Below are positions 17,697 through 31,076 of a stretch of DNA of 32,000 nucleotides, piece after piece; position 1 is the first letter of the stretch; every line of letters begins with the position of its first letter. This DNA comes from Cylindrospermopsis raciborskii Cr2010 (GTDB taxonomy: Bacteria; Cyanobacteriota; Cyanobacteriia; Cyanobacteriales; Nostocaceae). The position numbers were made by a program, and so were the translations under genes. A model generated the notes under the pieces. That model saw only the letters and a program-made list of their open reading frames with translations. It did not search any database and was not told where the DNA came from. The stretch covers positions 1,410,001-1,442,000 of the forward strand of contig NZ_CP065936.1 of NCBI RefSeq assembly GCF_003367075.2, in the 5' to 3' direction.

Positions 17697-17867
17697 TTTC
17701 TGTTCCACTTTTACTAAGTTAGCAGCACTTTTTGATTTTGGCAAGGGGTTAGGAAAAATTTTTTCTGGCATAGTGAAATAGCTGAGCCATAGTTGACCTC
17801 TCCCCGCTCTAATTGGTATATTAGCCGTTCAGTCCACAATTTTGCCAATTCAACCACAATTGAAAAC

Positions 17868-18134
17868 ATGTCTATAGAAAATAATCCAGCTTCTGTGACC
17901 AAACAAGCCCTGGCTGCTCTTGCAAGTGCTATAGAGGCTCAAGGGCACAAGCGCGAGTATGCTGAGGCTATGGCAGCATCGATAATTTTTCAGGCTGATC
18001 TGGACCTGCGGAATGCTCAACTTGCTAATCTTTTAGGATGGCTCAAACAAGAGCATGAGGAAATTTATGAATCCGCCTTGAGTGTAGTTGAAAGCACTCG
18101 CCAGGAGTTTGAAAACCGAGTATCTAGAGGTTAA
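17868..18134 (+). CDS. Small hypothetical helical protein (88 aa from the ATG; the ORF track begins at a TTG at 17793)
   Basis: The ORF has coding-like composition (MSIENNPASVTKQALAALASAIEAQGHKREYAE...). I recognised no motifs. The ATG at 17868 is preferred over the upstream TTG, whose extension is low-complexity and overlaps the tRNA-proximal region. Confidence 0.45.
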   Translation: MSIENNPASVTKQALAALASAIEAQGHKREYAEAMAASIIFQADLDLRNAQLANLLGWLKQEHEEIYESALSVVESTRQEFENRVSRG

Positions 18135-18184
18135 GTTCCTGATAATTTTATTCCACTGGCTCCACAGGTGATTTCCATATTATT

Positions 18185-18281
18185 TGTAGGATGGGTTGGC
18201 GATGGTATAACCGATGGGGGTGTTGGGTTTCATAGTTCAACCTAACCTACGTTCATCTTATATTTAATTCCACCCACCTAC
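18185..18281 (-). repeat. Composite hairpin element, family B (two modules plus 30-nt tail)
   Basis: Sequence is tgtaggatgggttggcgatggtataaccgat-ggggg-tgttgggtttcatagttcaacctaacctacg-ttcatcttatatttaattccacccacctac. It ends 3 nt from the stop codon of the Ctp protease gene. Confidence 0.85.
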
Positions 18282-18284
18282 TTA

Positions 18285-19586
18285 CTAAGGATTTTTAGCT
18301 ATTTCCTTACCCAAAATATCTAATGCCTTAGCAAATTGGGGATCTTCTAGGGTTGCCAGCTTTTCCCGTTCCTTCACCCACAAATTTTGTCTTTGGGCAT
18401 CGGTTAAATCTACAACTACATCGGGATCAATACCATGCTTATTAATATCTCTACCAGCGGGTGTATGGTACTTAGCAATAGTAACTGCTAGTCCCGATCC
18501 ATCCCGTAAAGGACGGACTGATTGAACTAAACCTTTGCCGAAGGTTTGTGTACCCACCACCATTGCCCGTCTATTGTCTTGTAGGGCCCCAGAAAGAATT
18601 TCACTAGCACTAGCGGATCCTTTATCTACCAATACAACTAAAGGTTTACTAGTTAAAGCGCGATCTCTGGCGGATTCTCGTTGCTTTTCCCCTTGGCGGT
18701 CAATAGTAGATACAATGGTTCCCTTATCTAACCACATGCGAGCAATATCTATACTTGTATATAGAAGTCCACCCGGATTACCTCGTAAGTCTAATATATA
18801 GCCATCAACCCGATTAGCTTCTAAATTTTCAATAGCACCTCTCATTTCCTTGCTAGCATTGGCACTAAATTGATTAAGGCGAATATAACCAATATTACCT
18901 GCAGGGGTTTGTTTTTGAGAAAATTTAACTGGGTGAATTTCAATTCTGGCCCTAGTAATATCAAATGTTTTAGTCTTTCCATTTCGGGAGATTTTCAATT
19001 TGACCTGAGTTCCCGGTTCGCCCCGAATTAGAGAGACGGCCCGATTGGTATCCATACCTTGAGTGGTTTTACCATTAATTTCTAAAATTACATCTCTGGC
19101 CAAGATGCCCACCTTAAATGCTGGTGTATCTTCAATAGGAGCAATCACAACTAGTTGTTTAGTTTTTTCGTCTTGACTTATAGTTATGCCAATACCCGTT
19201 AGCTCACCGGATGTATCAACTTGCATATTTTTAAATTCATCCGGATCCATAAATCGAGTGTAGGGGTCTCCTAACTTTTTGAGCATTTCGCGAATTGACT
19301 TATAGGCTATTTGTTTATTACCATAGGACTTGCCTAAGTACTCTTGACGAACAGCTTGCCAATTGACCTGATTAAAACTACCGTCAACATATTGGCGGTT
19401 TACAATTTGCCAAACCTCATCTATCAGTTCCTTGGGACTGGACTGAAACAAGGCCTGACCACGGCAGTGAATACCAAGACCACCGACCACAATTGTAGAA
19501 ACAGCCACAGCTGTAGCACTTAGAACAAGTCTACTTTTTGTAATTACCATAATGACAGTTATGCCAGGAGAAAAGTTGATTGTCAC
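18285..19586 (-). CDS. Carboxyl-terminal processing protease (peptidase S41A, Ctp family) with PDZ domain
   Basis: 433-aa ORF. PDZ region (GIGITI...VIAPIEDTPAFKVGILARDVILEING), catalytic Ser region (DKGSASASEI) and Lys region (TFGKGLVQ). The annotated start is a GTG, and an ATG 12 codons downstream (19550) is an alternative. The paralog (CtpA, B or C) is not resolved. Confidence 0.9.
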   Translation of the reverse strand: MTINFSPGITVIMVITKSRLVLSATAVAVSTIVVGGLGIHCRGQALFQSSPKELIDEVWQIVNRQYVDGSFNQVNWQAVRQEYLGKSYGNKQIAYKSIREMLKKLGDPYTRFMDPDEFKNMQVDTSGELTGIGITISQDEKTKQLVVIAPIEDTPAFKVGILARDVILEINGKTTQGMDTNRAVSLIRGEPGTQVKLKISRNGKTKTFDITRARIEIHPVKFSQKQTPAGNIGYIRLNQFSANASKEMRGAIENLEANRVDGYILDLRGNPGGLLYTSIDIARMWLDKGTIVSTIDRQGEKQRESARDRALTSKPLVVLVDKGSASASEILSGALQDNRRAMVVGTQTFGKGLVQSVRPLRDGSGLAVTIAKYHTPAGRDINKHGIDPDVVVDLTDAQRQNLWVKEREKLATLEDPQFAKALDILGKEIAKNP

Positions 19587-19824
19587 ATGACTAACATAAC
19601 ACAGGATTGAGTTGACGCTCTACCGTACTGGAACGGGGGAGAATTGGCAGGCTATCGAAAGATTCCCAAACGGTTTTTAGTTATTATCCCTTTATATAGC
19701 GTTTTGTCCAAGTAGATATTAATTTGTGTTGATTCACTTTGCTATTGTTTTTTGGGGAAGATTTAGGCTGAAATTATTGTCATAACTGGGTTAGAGACTT
19801 TTTTAAAAAATCTCAAAAAACTAC

Positions 19825-19853
19825 TTGACATTCCCAAAGATAGTTGTTAGATT
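19825..19853 (+). promoter_or_regulatory. Candidate sigma-70 rrn promoter (TTGACA - 17 nt - TAGATT) preceded by an A/T-tract UP-like region
   Basis: A perfect -35 hexamer lies at 19825-19830, with a 17-nt spacer and a -10 at 19848-19853 matching 4 of 6 consensus positions. The T6A6 tract and tctcaaaaaa lie immediately upstream (19798-19820). It sits about 165 nt upstream of mature 16S. Confidence 0.5.
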
Positions 19854-20019
19854 ATTTGGAGTGAGGCAAACAAGCCCCGCAACCGAACCGAGACAAAATA
19901 ATACTTTGAAAGAATAAAGACAACCATTCCTCGTCTAAGAAATTCAAGCTAACGAATTCTGGCGATGCAAAAGGATTCGTTAGTCAAATCATAATAGTAG
20001 AGCTAAAAGCAAACTTAAC

Positions 20020-21507
<1,488 letters not shown>

Positions 21508-21670
21508 TAGGGAGACCTACCCATTGAAGAATCGAAAGCCGAAGGCGAATAGAGAATCAAATGGTCTACTCTAGGTCGGTCGAGAATTGGTCAAGTCTCT
21601 TTCAAAGTATTATATTTCCGGTGATTCCCAGCAACTAGGAAAGACCTAGACTGCTGGTGAGAACCAGCCA

Positions 21671-21687
21671 GAACCTTGAAAACTGCA
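21671..21687 (+). promoter_or_regulatory. ITS box A antiterminator-like motif (GAACCTTGAAAACTGCA)
   Basis: Matches the conserved cyanobacterial ITS box A core GAACCTTGAAAA. It is preceded by a box B-like hairpin (21628-21657) and overlaps the 5' strand of the 23S processing stem. Confidence 0.55.
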
Positions 21688-21742
21688 TATAGATAGATAA
21701 GAGAGCCGAAATCGAAAGATAGAAGCAAGTGAAGAACCAAGT

Positions 21743-24563
<2,821 letters not shown>

Positions 24564-24640
24564 AAAAGGTAATTCATTCTTATCGAAATATATGCAGTCT
24601 TCAGGGTTTTGAAGTGGAAACTTTGAAATCGACAGGTTTT

Positions 24641-24757
24641 CCTGGTGTCTATGGTGCGGTGGAACCACACTGATCCCTTCCCGAACTCAGAGGTGAAACG
24701 CTGTTGCGGCGACGATAGTATGGGGGTTGCCCCATGTCAAAATAGCTCGATGCCAGG
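24641..24757 (+). rRNA. rrf: 5S ribosomal RNA
   Basis: CCTGGTGTCTATGGTGCGGTGGAACCACACTGATCCCTTCCCGAACTCAGAGGTGAAAC...ATGCCAGG. The terminal helix CCTGG(T)/(G)CCAGG closes the molecule. Confidence 0.93.
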
Positions 24758-24770
24758 TTTATTATTACAT

Positions 24771-24812
24771 AACCGCTCATTCCACGTATTATGGAGTGAG
24801 CGGTTTGATTTT
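24771..24812 (+). terminator. Rho-independent terminator of the rrn operon (first module of the array)
   Basis: 14-bp stem AACCGCTCATTCCA / TGGAGTGAGCGGTT with one G-U pair and a 7-nt loop, followed by TGATTTT. It begins 14 nt after 5S. Confidence 0.8.
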
Positions 24813-25043
24813 GACTCCAGCGATCGCCTATTTTTAAAAACATTTACCTTAATGTAAAACCCCACCGTTAATTATGGTGTACGTGAATTGGTTGTATTAT
24901 AGGGTGGGCGGTTTGATTTTACTTTCAAAACAGCGATCGCCCGTTTTTAAAAACATTTACCTTAATGTGGAACCCCACTGTTAATTATGGGCGGTTTGGT
25001 TTTACTTTCAAAACAGCGATCGCCCGGTTTTAAAAACATTTAC

Positions 25044-25075
25044 CGTAGGTTGGGTTGAGGAACGAAACCCAACAA
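25044..25075 (+). repeat. Family A hairpin element inside array unit
   Basis: Identical to the 643-674 sequence. It replaces the ttaatgtRRa segment found at this position in the other units. Confidence 0.85.
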
Positions 25076-25539
25076 ACCCCACTGTTAATTATGGGCAGTT
25101 TGGTTTTACTTCCAAAACAGCGATCGCCTATTTTTAAAAACATTTACCTTAATGTAAAACCCCACCGTTAATTATGGTGTACGTGAATTGGTTGTATTAT
25201 AGGGTGGGCGGTTTGATTTTACTTTCAAAACAGCGATCGCCTATTTTTAAAAACATTTACCTTAATGTGGAACCCCACTGTTAATTATGGGCGGTTTGGT
25301 TTTACTTCCAAAACAGCGATCGCCTATTTTTAAAAACATTTACCTTAATGTAAAACCCCACCGTTAATTATGGTGTACGTGAATTGGTTGTATTATAGGG
25401 TGGGCGGTTTGATTTTACTTTCAAAACAGCGATCGCCTATTTTTAAAAACATTTACCTTAATGTGGAACCCCACTGTTAATTATGGGCGGTTCGGTTTTA
25501 CTTTCAAAACAGCGATCGCCTATTTTTAAAAACATTTAC

Positions 25540-25571
25540 CGTAGGTTGGGTTGAGGAACGAAACCCAACAA
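25540..25571 (+). repeat. Family A hairpin element inside array unit
   Basis: Same sequence and same relative position as the 25044 copy. Confidence 0.85.
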
Positions 25572-25756
25572 ACCCCACTGTTAATTATGGGCGGTTTGGT
25601 TTTACTTTCAAAACAGCGATCGCCTATTTTTAAAAACATTTACCTTAATGCAAAACCCCACCGTTAGTTATAGTGTACATGAATTCATTGTATTACAGGA
25701 TGAGCAGTTTGATTTTACTTCCAAAACTGCGATCGCCTATTTTTAAAAACACTTGC

Positions 25757-25788
25757 CGTAGGTTGGGTTGAGGAACGAAACCCAACAA
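25757..25788 (+). repeat. Family A hairpin element inside array unit
   Basis: Same sequence and same relative position, in a diverged long unit. Confidence 0.85.
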
Positions 25789-25896
25789 ACCCCACCGTTA
25801 ATTATGGTGTACGTGAATTCGTTATATTATGGAGTGGGCGGTTTGATTTTGCTTCCAGCGATCGCTTGTTTTTAAAAACATTTACCTTAGAAATAC

Positions 25897-26364
25897 TTAC
25901 TTAACTGGCAACAATTTTGTCACCTTGAGTTTAAAGCTACCAACTCCAGTTTCTCCAAAAGACCTCACTCTAATAATATATTTCCCAGTTTCAGTGATGC
26001 GGACAAATAACAGAGAATTACTGGTGCCATCTGGACCATCATCATTTTCCCCTACCGTCAAACCATTGGGACCTAAAAGTGTGATAATTGTATCGAAATT
26101 TTCCGAAGATGCATCAATTACTAGATTATCTCCCTTGTTCAGGTTGACTTGATAATCACGCGCAAATCCCCCTTGACCCGTGGGAATGTCCTTTAGAGTC
26201 AATTTATCTGTAATCTCCCCTTCTAGCTTTAATAGAATGGGATTATATATATTATCCCTATTTCCAGTTTGGGCGATCGCCTGATGAGAGTAAATAATTA
26301 TTGACAAAAAAGTTATGGGCAGAATAAGTACCTTTTTAAAAAGGGGTATATAGTAACTTTTCAT
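25897..26364 (-). CDS. Secreted protein with a bacterial pre-peptidase C-terminal (PPC)-like beta-sandwich domain
   Basis: 155-aa ORF. It has a signal peptide (…HQAIA-QT). The pattern D.Y.V.L.KGD.L.ID..S..FD..I.LLGPNG......NDD......S.L.F...ETGKY.I.V.S......G.F.L.V is typical of PPC domains. Confidence 0.65.
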   Translation of the reverse strand: MKSYYIPLFKKVLILPITFLSIIIYSHQAIAQTGNRDNIYNPILLKLEGEITDKLTLKDIPTGQGGFARDYQVNLNKGDNLVIDASSENFDTIITLLGPNGLTVGENDDGPDGTSNSLLFVRITETGKYIIRVRSFGETGVGSFKLKVTKLLPVK

Positions 26365-26389
26365 AGTTTGTTAACAGGTTATGAATAAA

Positions 26390-27067
26390 TTATATATTTT
26401 GTGGATCATCCTTAATAGCTTTAGCTACAGTAGCCAAACCAATGACATTTATTCCATAAGCATCCAGGCTGTGTATAGCAGAATTAGCGGTTGCTCCTGT
26501 AGTGTAAATATCATCAATCAACAATATAGGTTTATTAGGATAGCGATTAAAAAAATCCTTACCCAAATCAAAAGCACCCATTAAGTTATTTTGCCTGTTA
26601 TCAGCTGATATTCCAAATTGCGGTTGTGTATGTTTAATTCTCATTAATCCATGGGGTTTTAACCTGAGCCCTGTCACGTCACAAAAACCTCTAGCAATAA
26701 GCTCAGATTGATTAAAACCTCGTATTTTCATTTTATCCGGGTGTAATGGTATGGGTACGATTACAGGAGCTTGATATTTACAGCTAGAATTTAACAACCA
26801 TGATCCTCCCAGGAGCTGGCCCAAAAAGAGTGCTATTTCTGGGCGGTTTTCATATTTCATCATCATAATAGCCCTTTTTAATATTCCCCCGTAGCTACCC
26901 CAAGCAAAAAGAGGTATGGGGGGTTGCCATGAGCAATTAGGGTCGTGTAAACAACTTTTTTGCAATTGTTGATTACAGTATGGACAAAATAAATTTGGTG
27001 TATTACGTTGGCAAAGAGGACAGGTATTCTGCAAAAAGAGATTCAGTAGACCTTTCAGCATAGTCAT
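26390..27067 (-). CDS. ComF family protein (phosphoribosyltransferase domain with N-terminal zinc finger)
   Basis: 225-aa ORF with N-terminal CPLC...CPYC and the C-terminal PRPP-binding motif ILLIDDIYTTGATA. Confidence 0.85.
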   Translation of the reverse strand: MTMLKGLLNLFLQNTCPLCQRNTPNLFCPYCNQQLQKSCLHDPNCSWQPPIPLFAWGSYGGILKRAIMMMKYENRPEIALFLGQLLGGSWLLNSSCKYQAPVIVPIPLHPDKMKIRGFNQSELIARGFCDVTGLRLKPHGLMRIKHTQPQFGISADNRQNNLMGAFDLGKDFFNRYPNKPILLIDDIYTTGATANSAIHSLDAYGINVIGLATVAKAIKDDPQNI

Positions 27068-27184
27068 TAGCCATCATCGATTTTATCCCTACCCTAGTGT
27101 AACACATAAAATATTTTCAACCCTCACTTTACCAAAAGGTCAGGTAAAACCTATAATTGTTAGCCATCATTAGTTTACGTACTT

Positions 27185-28765
27185 ATGTCTAAGGTTCTTG
27201 TTTCCGATCCAATTGATCAAGCTGGTATTGATATTCTCTCTCAAGTAGCTACAGTTGATGTCAAAACAGGCTTAAAACCAGCCGAATTAGTAGCAATCAT
27301 TGGTGAATATGACGCACTCATGATTCGTTCGGGAACCCGCGTTACAGAAGAAATTATCGAAGCTGGTACCCAATTAAAAATTATTGGTCGTGCTGGTGTA
27401 GGTGTGGATAATGTAGATGTGCCAACTGCCACCCGAAAGGGTATTGTAGTAGTCAATTCCCCTGAAGGAAATACCATTGCAGCAGCAGAACACACTCTGG
27501 CAATGATGTTATCCTTATCCCGTCATATTCCTGATGCTAATACCTCCCTAAAAAAGGGAGAATGGGATAGAAAAACCTTTGTTGGTGCAGAAATATATAA
27601 AAAGACTCTAGGTGTTGTTGGATTAGGAAAAATAGGCTCCCATGTAGCCCATGTGGCCAAAGCCATGGGCATGAAACTATTGGCCTACGATCCTTTTATT
27701 TCCACCGAGAGGGCCGAACAAATCGGTTGTCATCTGGTAGATCTAGACCTACTATTTCAACAAGCGGACTATATCACCCTACATATTCCCAAAACACCAG
27801 AAACAACTAACTTAATTAATGCTAAAACCCTAGGAAAAATGAAACCCACCACCCGCATCATTAACTGTGCTAGGGGTGGTATAATTGATGAGTTGGCCCT
27901 AGCGGATGCCATTAAAAACGGTAAAATCGCCGGTGCTGCACTAGACGTATTCCAGTCTGAACCCCTGGGAGATTCCCCCCTGCGATCGCTAGGCAAAGAA
28001 ATAATTCTTACGCCTCATTTAGGTGCATCTACTACAGAAGCTCAGGTAAACGTCTCCATAGACGTGGCGGAGCAAATTAGGGATGTATTATTAGGGCTAC
28101 CAGCTCGCTCAGCGGTAAACATTCCCGGATTAGGGCCTGACATTATAGAAGAGCTCAAACCCTATATGCAGTTAGCAGAAACCCTGGGTAATCTGGTAGG
28201 ACAATTAGCAGGTGGAAGAATAGAAACACTGAATGTTAAACTGCAAGGAGATCTGGCCACCAACAAAAGTCAACCCCTAGTAGTAGCAGCATTAAAAGGA
28301 CTACTATATCAAGCGTTAAGGGAACGGGTTAACTATGTTAATGCGACCATAGAAGCTAAAGAAAGAGGTATTAGAGTCATTGAGACTAGGGATGCTTCAG
28401 CCAGAGATTATGCGGGTTCATTACATTTAGAAGCTACAGGTACATTAGGAACTCATTCTGTCACCGGTGCTTTATTAGGAGAAAAGGAAATACACCTCAC
28501 AGATGTAGATGGGTTCCCCATTAACGTACCACCCAGCAAATATATGCTATTTACCCTGCACCGAGACATGCCAGGAATTATTGGCAAATTGGGTTCCTTA
28601 TTGGGGAGTTTCAATGTCAACATTGCCAGCATGCAAGTGGGGAGAAAAATTGTGCGAGGTGATGCGGTTATGGCTTTGAGTATTGATGACCCATTACCAG
28701 ATGGCATTCTGGAGGAAATTAAACAAGTTTCTGGAATTCGGGATGCTTATACAGTAACCCTATAG
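27185..28765 (+). CDS. serA: D-3-phosphoglycerate dehydrogenase (long form with ASB and ACT domains)
   Basis: 526-aa ORF. NAD-binding GVVGLGKIGSHVA, the catalytic region NCARGG...D and HLGAST, and a C-terminal ACT-like region. Confidence 0.95.
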   Translation: MSKVLVSDPIDQAGIDILSQVATVDVKTGLKPAELVAIIGEYDALMIRSGTRVTEEIIEAGTQLKIIGRAGVGVDNVDVPTATRKGIVVVNSPEGNTIAAAEHTLAMMLSLSRHIPDANTSLKKGEWDRKTFVGAEIYKKTLGVVGLGKIGSHVAHVAKAMGMKLLAYDPFISTERAEQIGCHLVDLDLLFQQADYITLHIPKTPETTNLINAKTLGKMKPTTRIINCARGGIIDELALADAIKNGKIAGAALDVFQSEPLGDSPLRSLGKEIILTPHLGASTTEAQVNVSIDVAEQIRDVLLGLPARSAVNIPGLGPDIIEELKPYMQLAETLGNLVGQLAGGRIETLNVKLQGDLATNKSQPLVVAALKGLLYQALRERVNYVNATIEAKERGIRVIETRDASARDYAGSLHLEATGTLGTHSVTGALLGEKEIHLTDVDGFPINVPPSKYMLFTLHRDMPGIIGKLGSLLGSFNVNIASMQVGRKIVRGDAVMALSIDDPLPDGILEEIKQVSGIRDAYTVTL

Positions 28766-28780
28766 GTTCGGTTTGGGGAA

Positions 28781-29728
28781 GTGGGGGAATTGAGTATGAA
28801 CACTACTAATAACCAAAACATAATGACAAATACCTGGTGGGAAATCCAAATTTTATGTACACCTGACCTGGAAGATTCTATCTTTTGGCGGTTGGAAACC
28901 TTCGGTTGTCGGGGCGTTGCTGTGGAAAAAAAGGATAGGTTTCTATTAATTAGAGCTTATCTCTCCACCTTACAGGCACAATTATCAGATCTTACTAACT
29001 TATCAACATTATTACATGAAGACTCAATAGCTATTGGTTTACCTACTCCCGAATTAAATTGGCATCAAATTAATGAAGAGGACTGGTCTACCAGTTGGAA
29101 GCAATATTGGCACCCTCAGGAAATAGGTAATCTGTTTTTGATTAATCCTGCATGGCTACCCATACCCCCATCCACATCCAGATTGGTTATCCGTCTTGAC
29201 CCGGGAGTAGCTTTCGGTACGGGAAATCACGCCACCACCCAATTGTGTCTGGAATCTTTAGAAAAATATTTAACTCAAAATAGCATTCATACTAGTATTA
29301 CTGCTCCCCAAGTAATTGCAGATATTGGCTGTGGTTCGGGTATTTTGGGCATAGGCGCACTTCTACTAGGTGCGAAAAAAGTCTATGGGGTAGATAATGA
29401 CCCTTTAGCAGTAGAATCGACTAATAGTAATTGTATTTTGAATCATCTCAATCCAGAAAAATTAACCTGTGCCCTAGGTAGTGTACATACCCTAACAGAA
29501 ATCCTCACTGAATCTCTAGATGGCATAGTTTGCAACATCTTAGCTGACGTAATTATTGAGTTAATTCCACAAATGACAGACCTGGTCAAATCCGGTTCCT
29601 GGGGGATATTTAGTGGTATTTTAGTAGAACAATCTCCATCCGTAATTACCACGTTGGAAAAAAACAATTGGGTAGTAGATAAAGTTTGGCAGCGTCAAGA
29701 ATGGTGTTGTTTAAATGCTAGAAGGTAA
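28781..29728 (+). CDS. prmA: Ribosomal protein L11 methyltransferase
   Basis: WWEIQI N-terminal signature, FGTGNHATT and the SAM-binding [10 protein letters not shown] motif. The ORF-track start is a GTG at 28781. The ATG at 28796 or 28823 (MTNTWWE) is probably the true start. Confidence 0.9.
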   Translation: MGELSMNTTNNQNIMTNTWWEIQILCTPDLEDSIFWRLETFGCRGVAVEKKDRFLLIRAYLSTLQAQLSDLTNLSTLLHEDSIAIGLPTPELNWHQINEEDWSTSWKQYWHPQEIGNLFLINPAWLPIPPSTSRLVIRLDPGVAFGTGNHATTQLCLESLEKYLTQNSIHTSITAPQVIADIGCGSGILGIGALLLGAKKVYGVDNDPLAVESTNSNCILNHLNPEKLTCALGSVHTLTEILTESLDGIVCNILADVIIELIPQMTDLVKSGSWGIFSGILVEQSPSVITTLEKNNWVVDKVWQRQEWCCLNARR

Positions 29729-29764
29729 TTAGAGGACCTAAGTCCCCCAATTATTTCCTAACTA

Positions 29765-30094
29765 TCAAATTAAAGTTTTTAAATGTTGAATTAATTGAGG
29801 TGCTTGTACCACACCCTCAATTTTATCAACTGGCTGACCATTTTTAAACAAGATGAGAGTTGGTAATGCTTCTATACGATATTGAGTAGCTAATTGAGAA
29901 TACTTCTCAGTATCGATTTTTACAACCCTTAGCTGACCTTGGAAATGAGTATTGACCTGCTCCAAGATGGGAGCCATCATTTGACATGGACCACACCATT
30001 CAGCGTAAAAATCCACCAGCACGGGTACATCGGATCCAGATAACATTTCTTCAAAGCTATTAAATTGTTTTTTAGTTGTCATAACGGTACACAC
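29765..30094 (-). CDS. Thioredoxin
   Basis: 109-aa ORF with the WCGPC active site and thioredoxin-fold length. An alternative start lies at Met5 (30082). Confidence 0.9.
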   Translation of the reverse strand: MCTVMTTKKQFNSFEEMLSGSDVPVLVDFYAEWCGPCQMMAPILEQVNTHFQGQLRVVKIDTEKYSQLATQYRIEALPTLILFKNGQPVDKIEGVVQAPQLIQHLKTLI

Positions 30095-30181
30095 CTAACA
30101 GTTACTGCTTTCTCAATAGTAGTTGGCAACCAACAAAAATCAACCAAATCCTTGCTAGTTAGAGTTCTATCATAAGATATC

Positions 30182-31039
30182 CTAACGGAGGGAGTAGGGA
30201 ACAGAAAACTGCTCCACCAAGGGAGTATAACCCAACCATGGGGTTCCCGATTGAGAAAACTGTTGAGGAGACCCACTAACGACAAAACGAGTGGGCATAG
30301 GTAAAAGGCGATTTTTGATGTTTAGTATTTCTAACTCTCGCTGACAGACCCTAACAACATGAACTGCAGGATCTACCAGATGGATGTGATTTGGTATGAG
30401 AGTCTTTATTATAGGTTCAAGTAAAGGATAATGAGTACATCCATAGATTAAAGTATCTATTTCCTGTGCTAATAAAGGTTCTAAATAGGATTTAGCAACT
30501 GCAAGAGTGTAGGGGTCATGAAGGCGATTTTGTTCGATTAAGGGAACAAATTCAGGACAACTTACTTGCCATACCTGAACATTAACTTTAAGTTCCATTA
30601 TTGCCTGACGATAGGCATTACTTTTAGCTGTGGCAGGAGTAGCAATCACACCAATACGTTTACCCACATTTACAGCAAACTTAGTAGCAGGTGAAATCAT
30701 CCCCAAAATGGGGAATTTATATTCCAAACGAACCGTTTCCAAAGTGAGAGCGGAACTGGTGTTACAGGCCATAATCACCATTTTCACCCCTTGTTGTTCC
30801 ATCCAATTGAGTATTTCCCTGACATATCCTAAGATTTCTTTTTGGGAGCGGATACCATAGGGAAGATGGGCCGTATCCCCAAAATAAATAACCGACTCAT
30901 TGGGTAGTTGCTGATAAACCTGTCGCAGGACAGTTAACCCACCCACACCACTGTCAAACACACCAATGGGAGAGCAGCTGGGAATTTCCTGAATGGAAAA
31001 TGCTTGGGAATTACCTTCAAAAACGGGATATGAGTGCAT
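30182..31039 (-). CDS. murI: Glutamate racemase
   Basis: 285-aa ORF with IGVFDSGVGGLTV, ACNTSS (first catalytic Cys) and GCTHYP (second catalytic Cys). Confidence 0.93.
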   Translation of the reverse strand: MHSYPVFEGNSQAFSIQEIPSCSPIGVFDSGVGGLTVLRQVYQQLPNESVIYFGDTAHLPYGIRSQKEILGYVREILNWMEQQGVKMVIMACNTSSALTLETVRLEYKFPILGMISPATKFAVNVGKRIGVIATPATAKSNAYRQAIMELKVNVQVWQVSCPEFVPLIEQNRLHDPYTLAVAKSYLEPLLAQEIDTLIYGCTHYPLLEPIIKTLIPNHIHLVDPAVHVVRVCQRELEILNIKNRLLPMPTRFVVSGSPQQFSQSGTPWLGYTPLVEQFSVPYSLR

Positions 31040-31076
31040 AGGGGAATGGGTTCAGGGACTACTATAGAATAATAGT

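Larger units (their letters stand above)
24771..25889 (+). repeat. Tandem array of 11 terminator-like modules (long ~113 bp and short ~83 bp units), each with one HIP1 site
   Basis: GCGATCGC occurs at 24820, 24933, 25016, 25120, 25233, 25316, 25429, 25512, 25616, 25729 and 25858. That gives spacings of 113, 83, 104, 113, 83, 113, 83, 104, 113 and 129 bp. 24841-25020 matches 25141-25320 with 3 mismatches in 180 nt. The ORF track shows no ORF of 60 aa or more between about 24860 and 25890. Confidence 0.92.

Noticed and set aside
17793-17867. TTG-initiated N-terminal extension of the small ORF at 17868-18134
   Set aside because: The extension is low-complexity and overlaps the region immediately upstream of tRNA-Tyr. 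The in-frame ATG at 17868 gives a more plausible start.
24771-25889. Possible CRISPR array
   Set aside because: Units are 83-113 bp and contiguous, with no unique spacers between them. There are no cas genes or leader in the window. Each unit ends in a T-tract like a terminator.
24771-25889. Identity with the NsiR1 tandem sRNA array of heterocystous cyanobacteria
   Set aside because: Only the architecture is similar: tandem units, each with a terminator. I see no TCCGGA (DIF-type) motif in the units, and the array follows 5S rRNA rather than lying upstream of hetF. I cannot recall the NsiR1 sequence to compare, so it serves only as an analogy.
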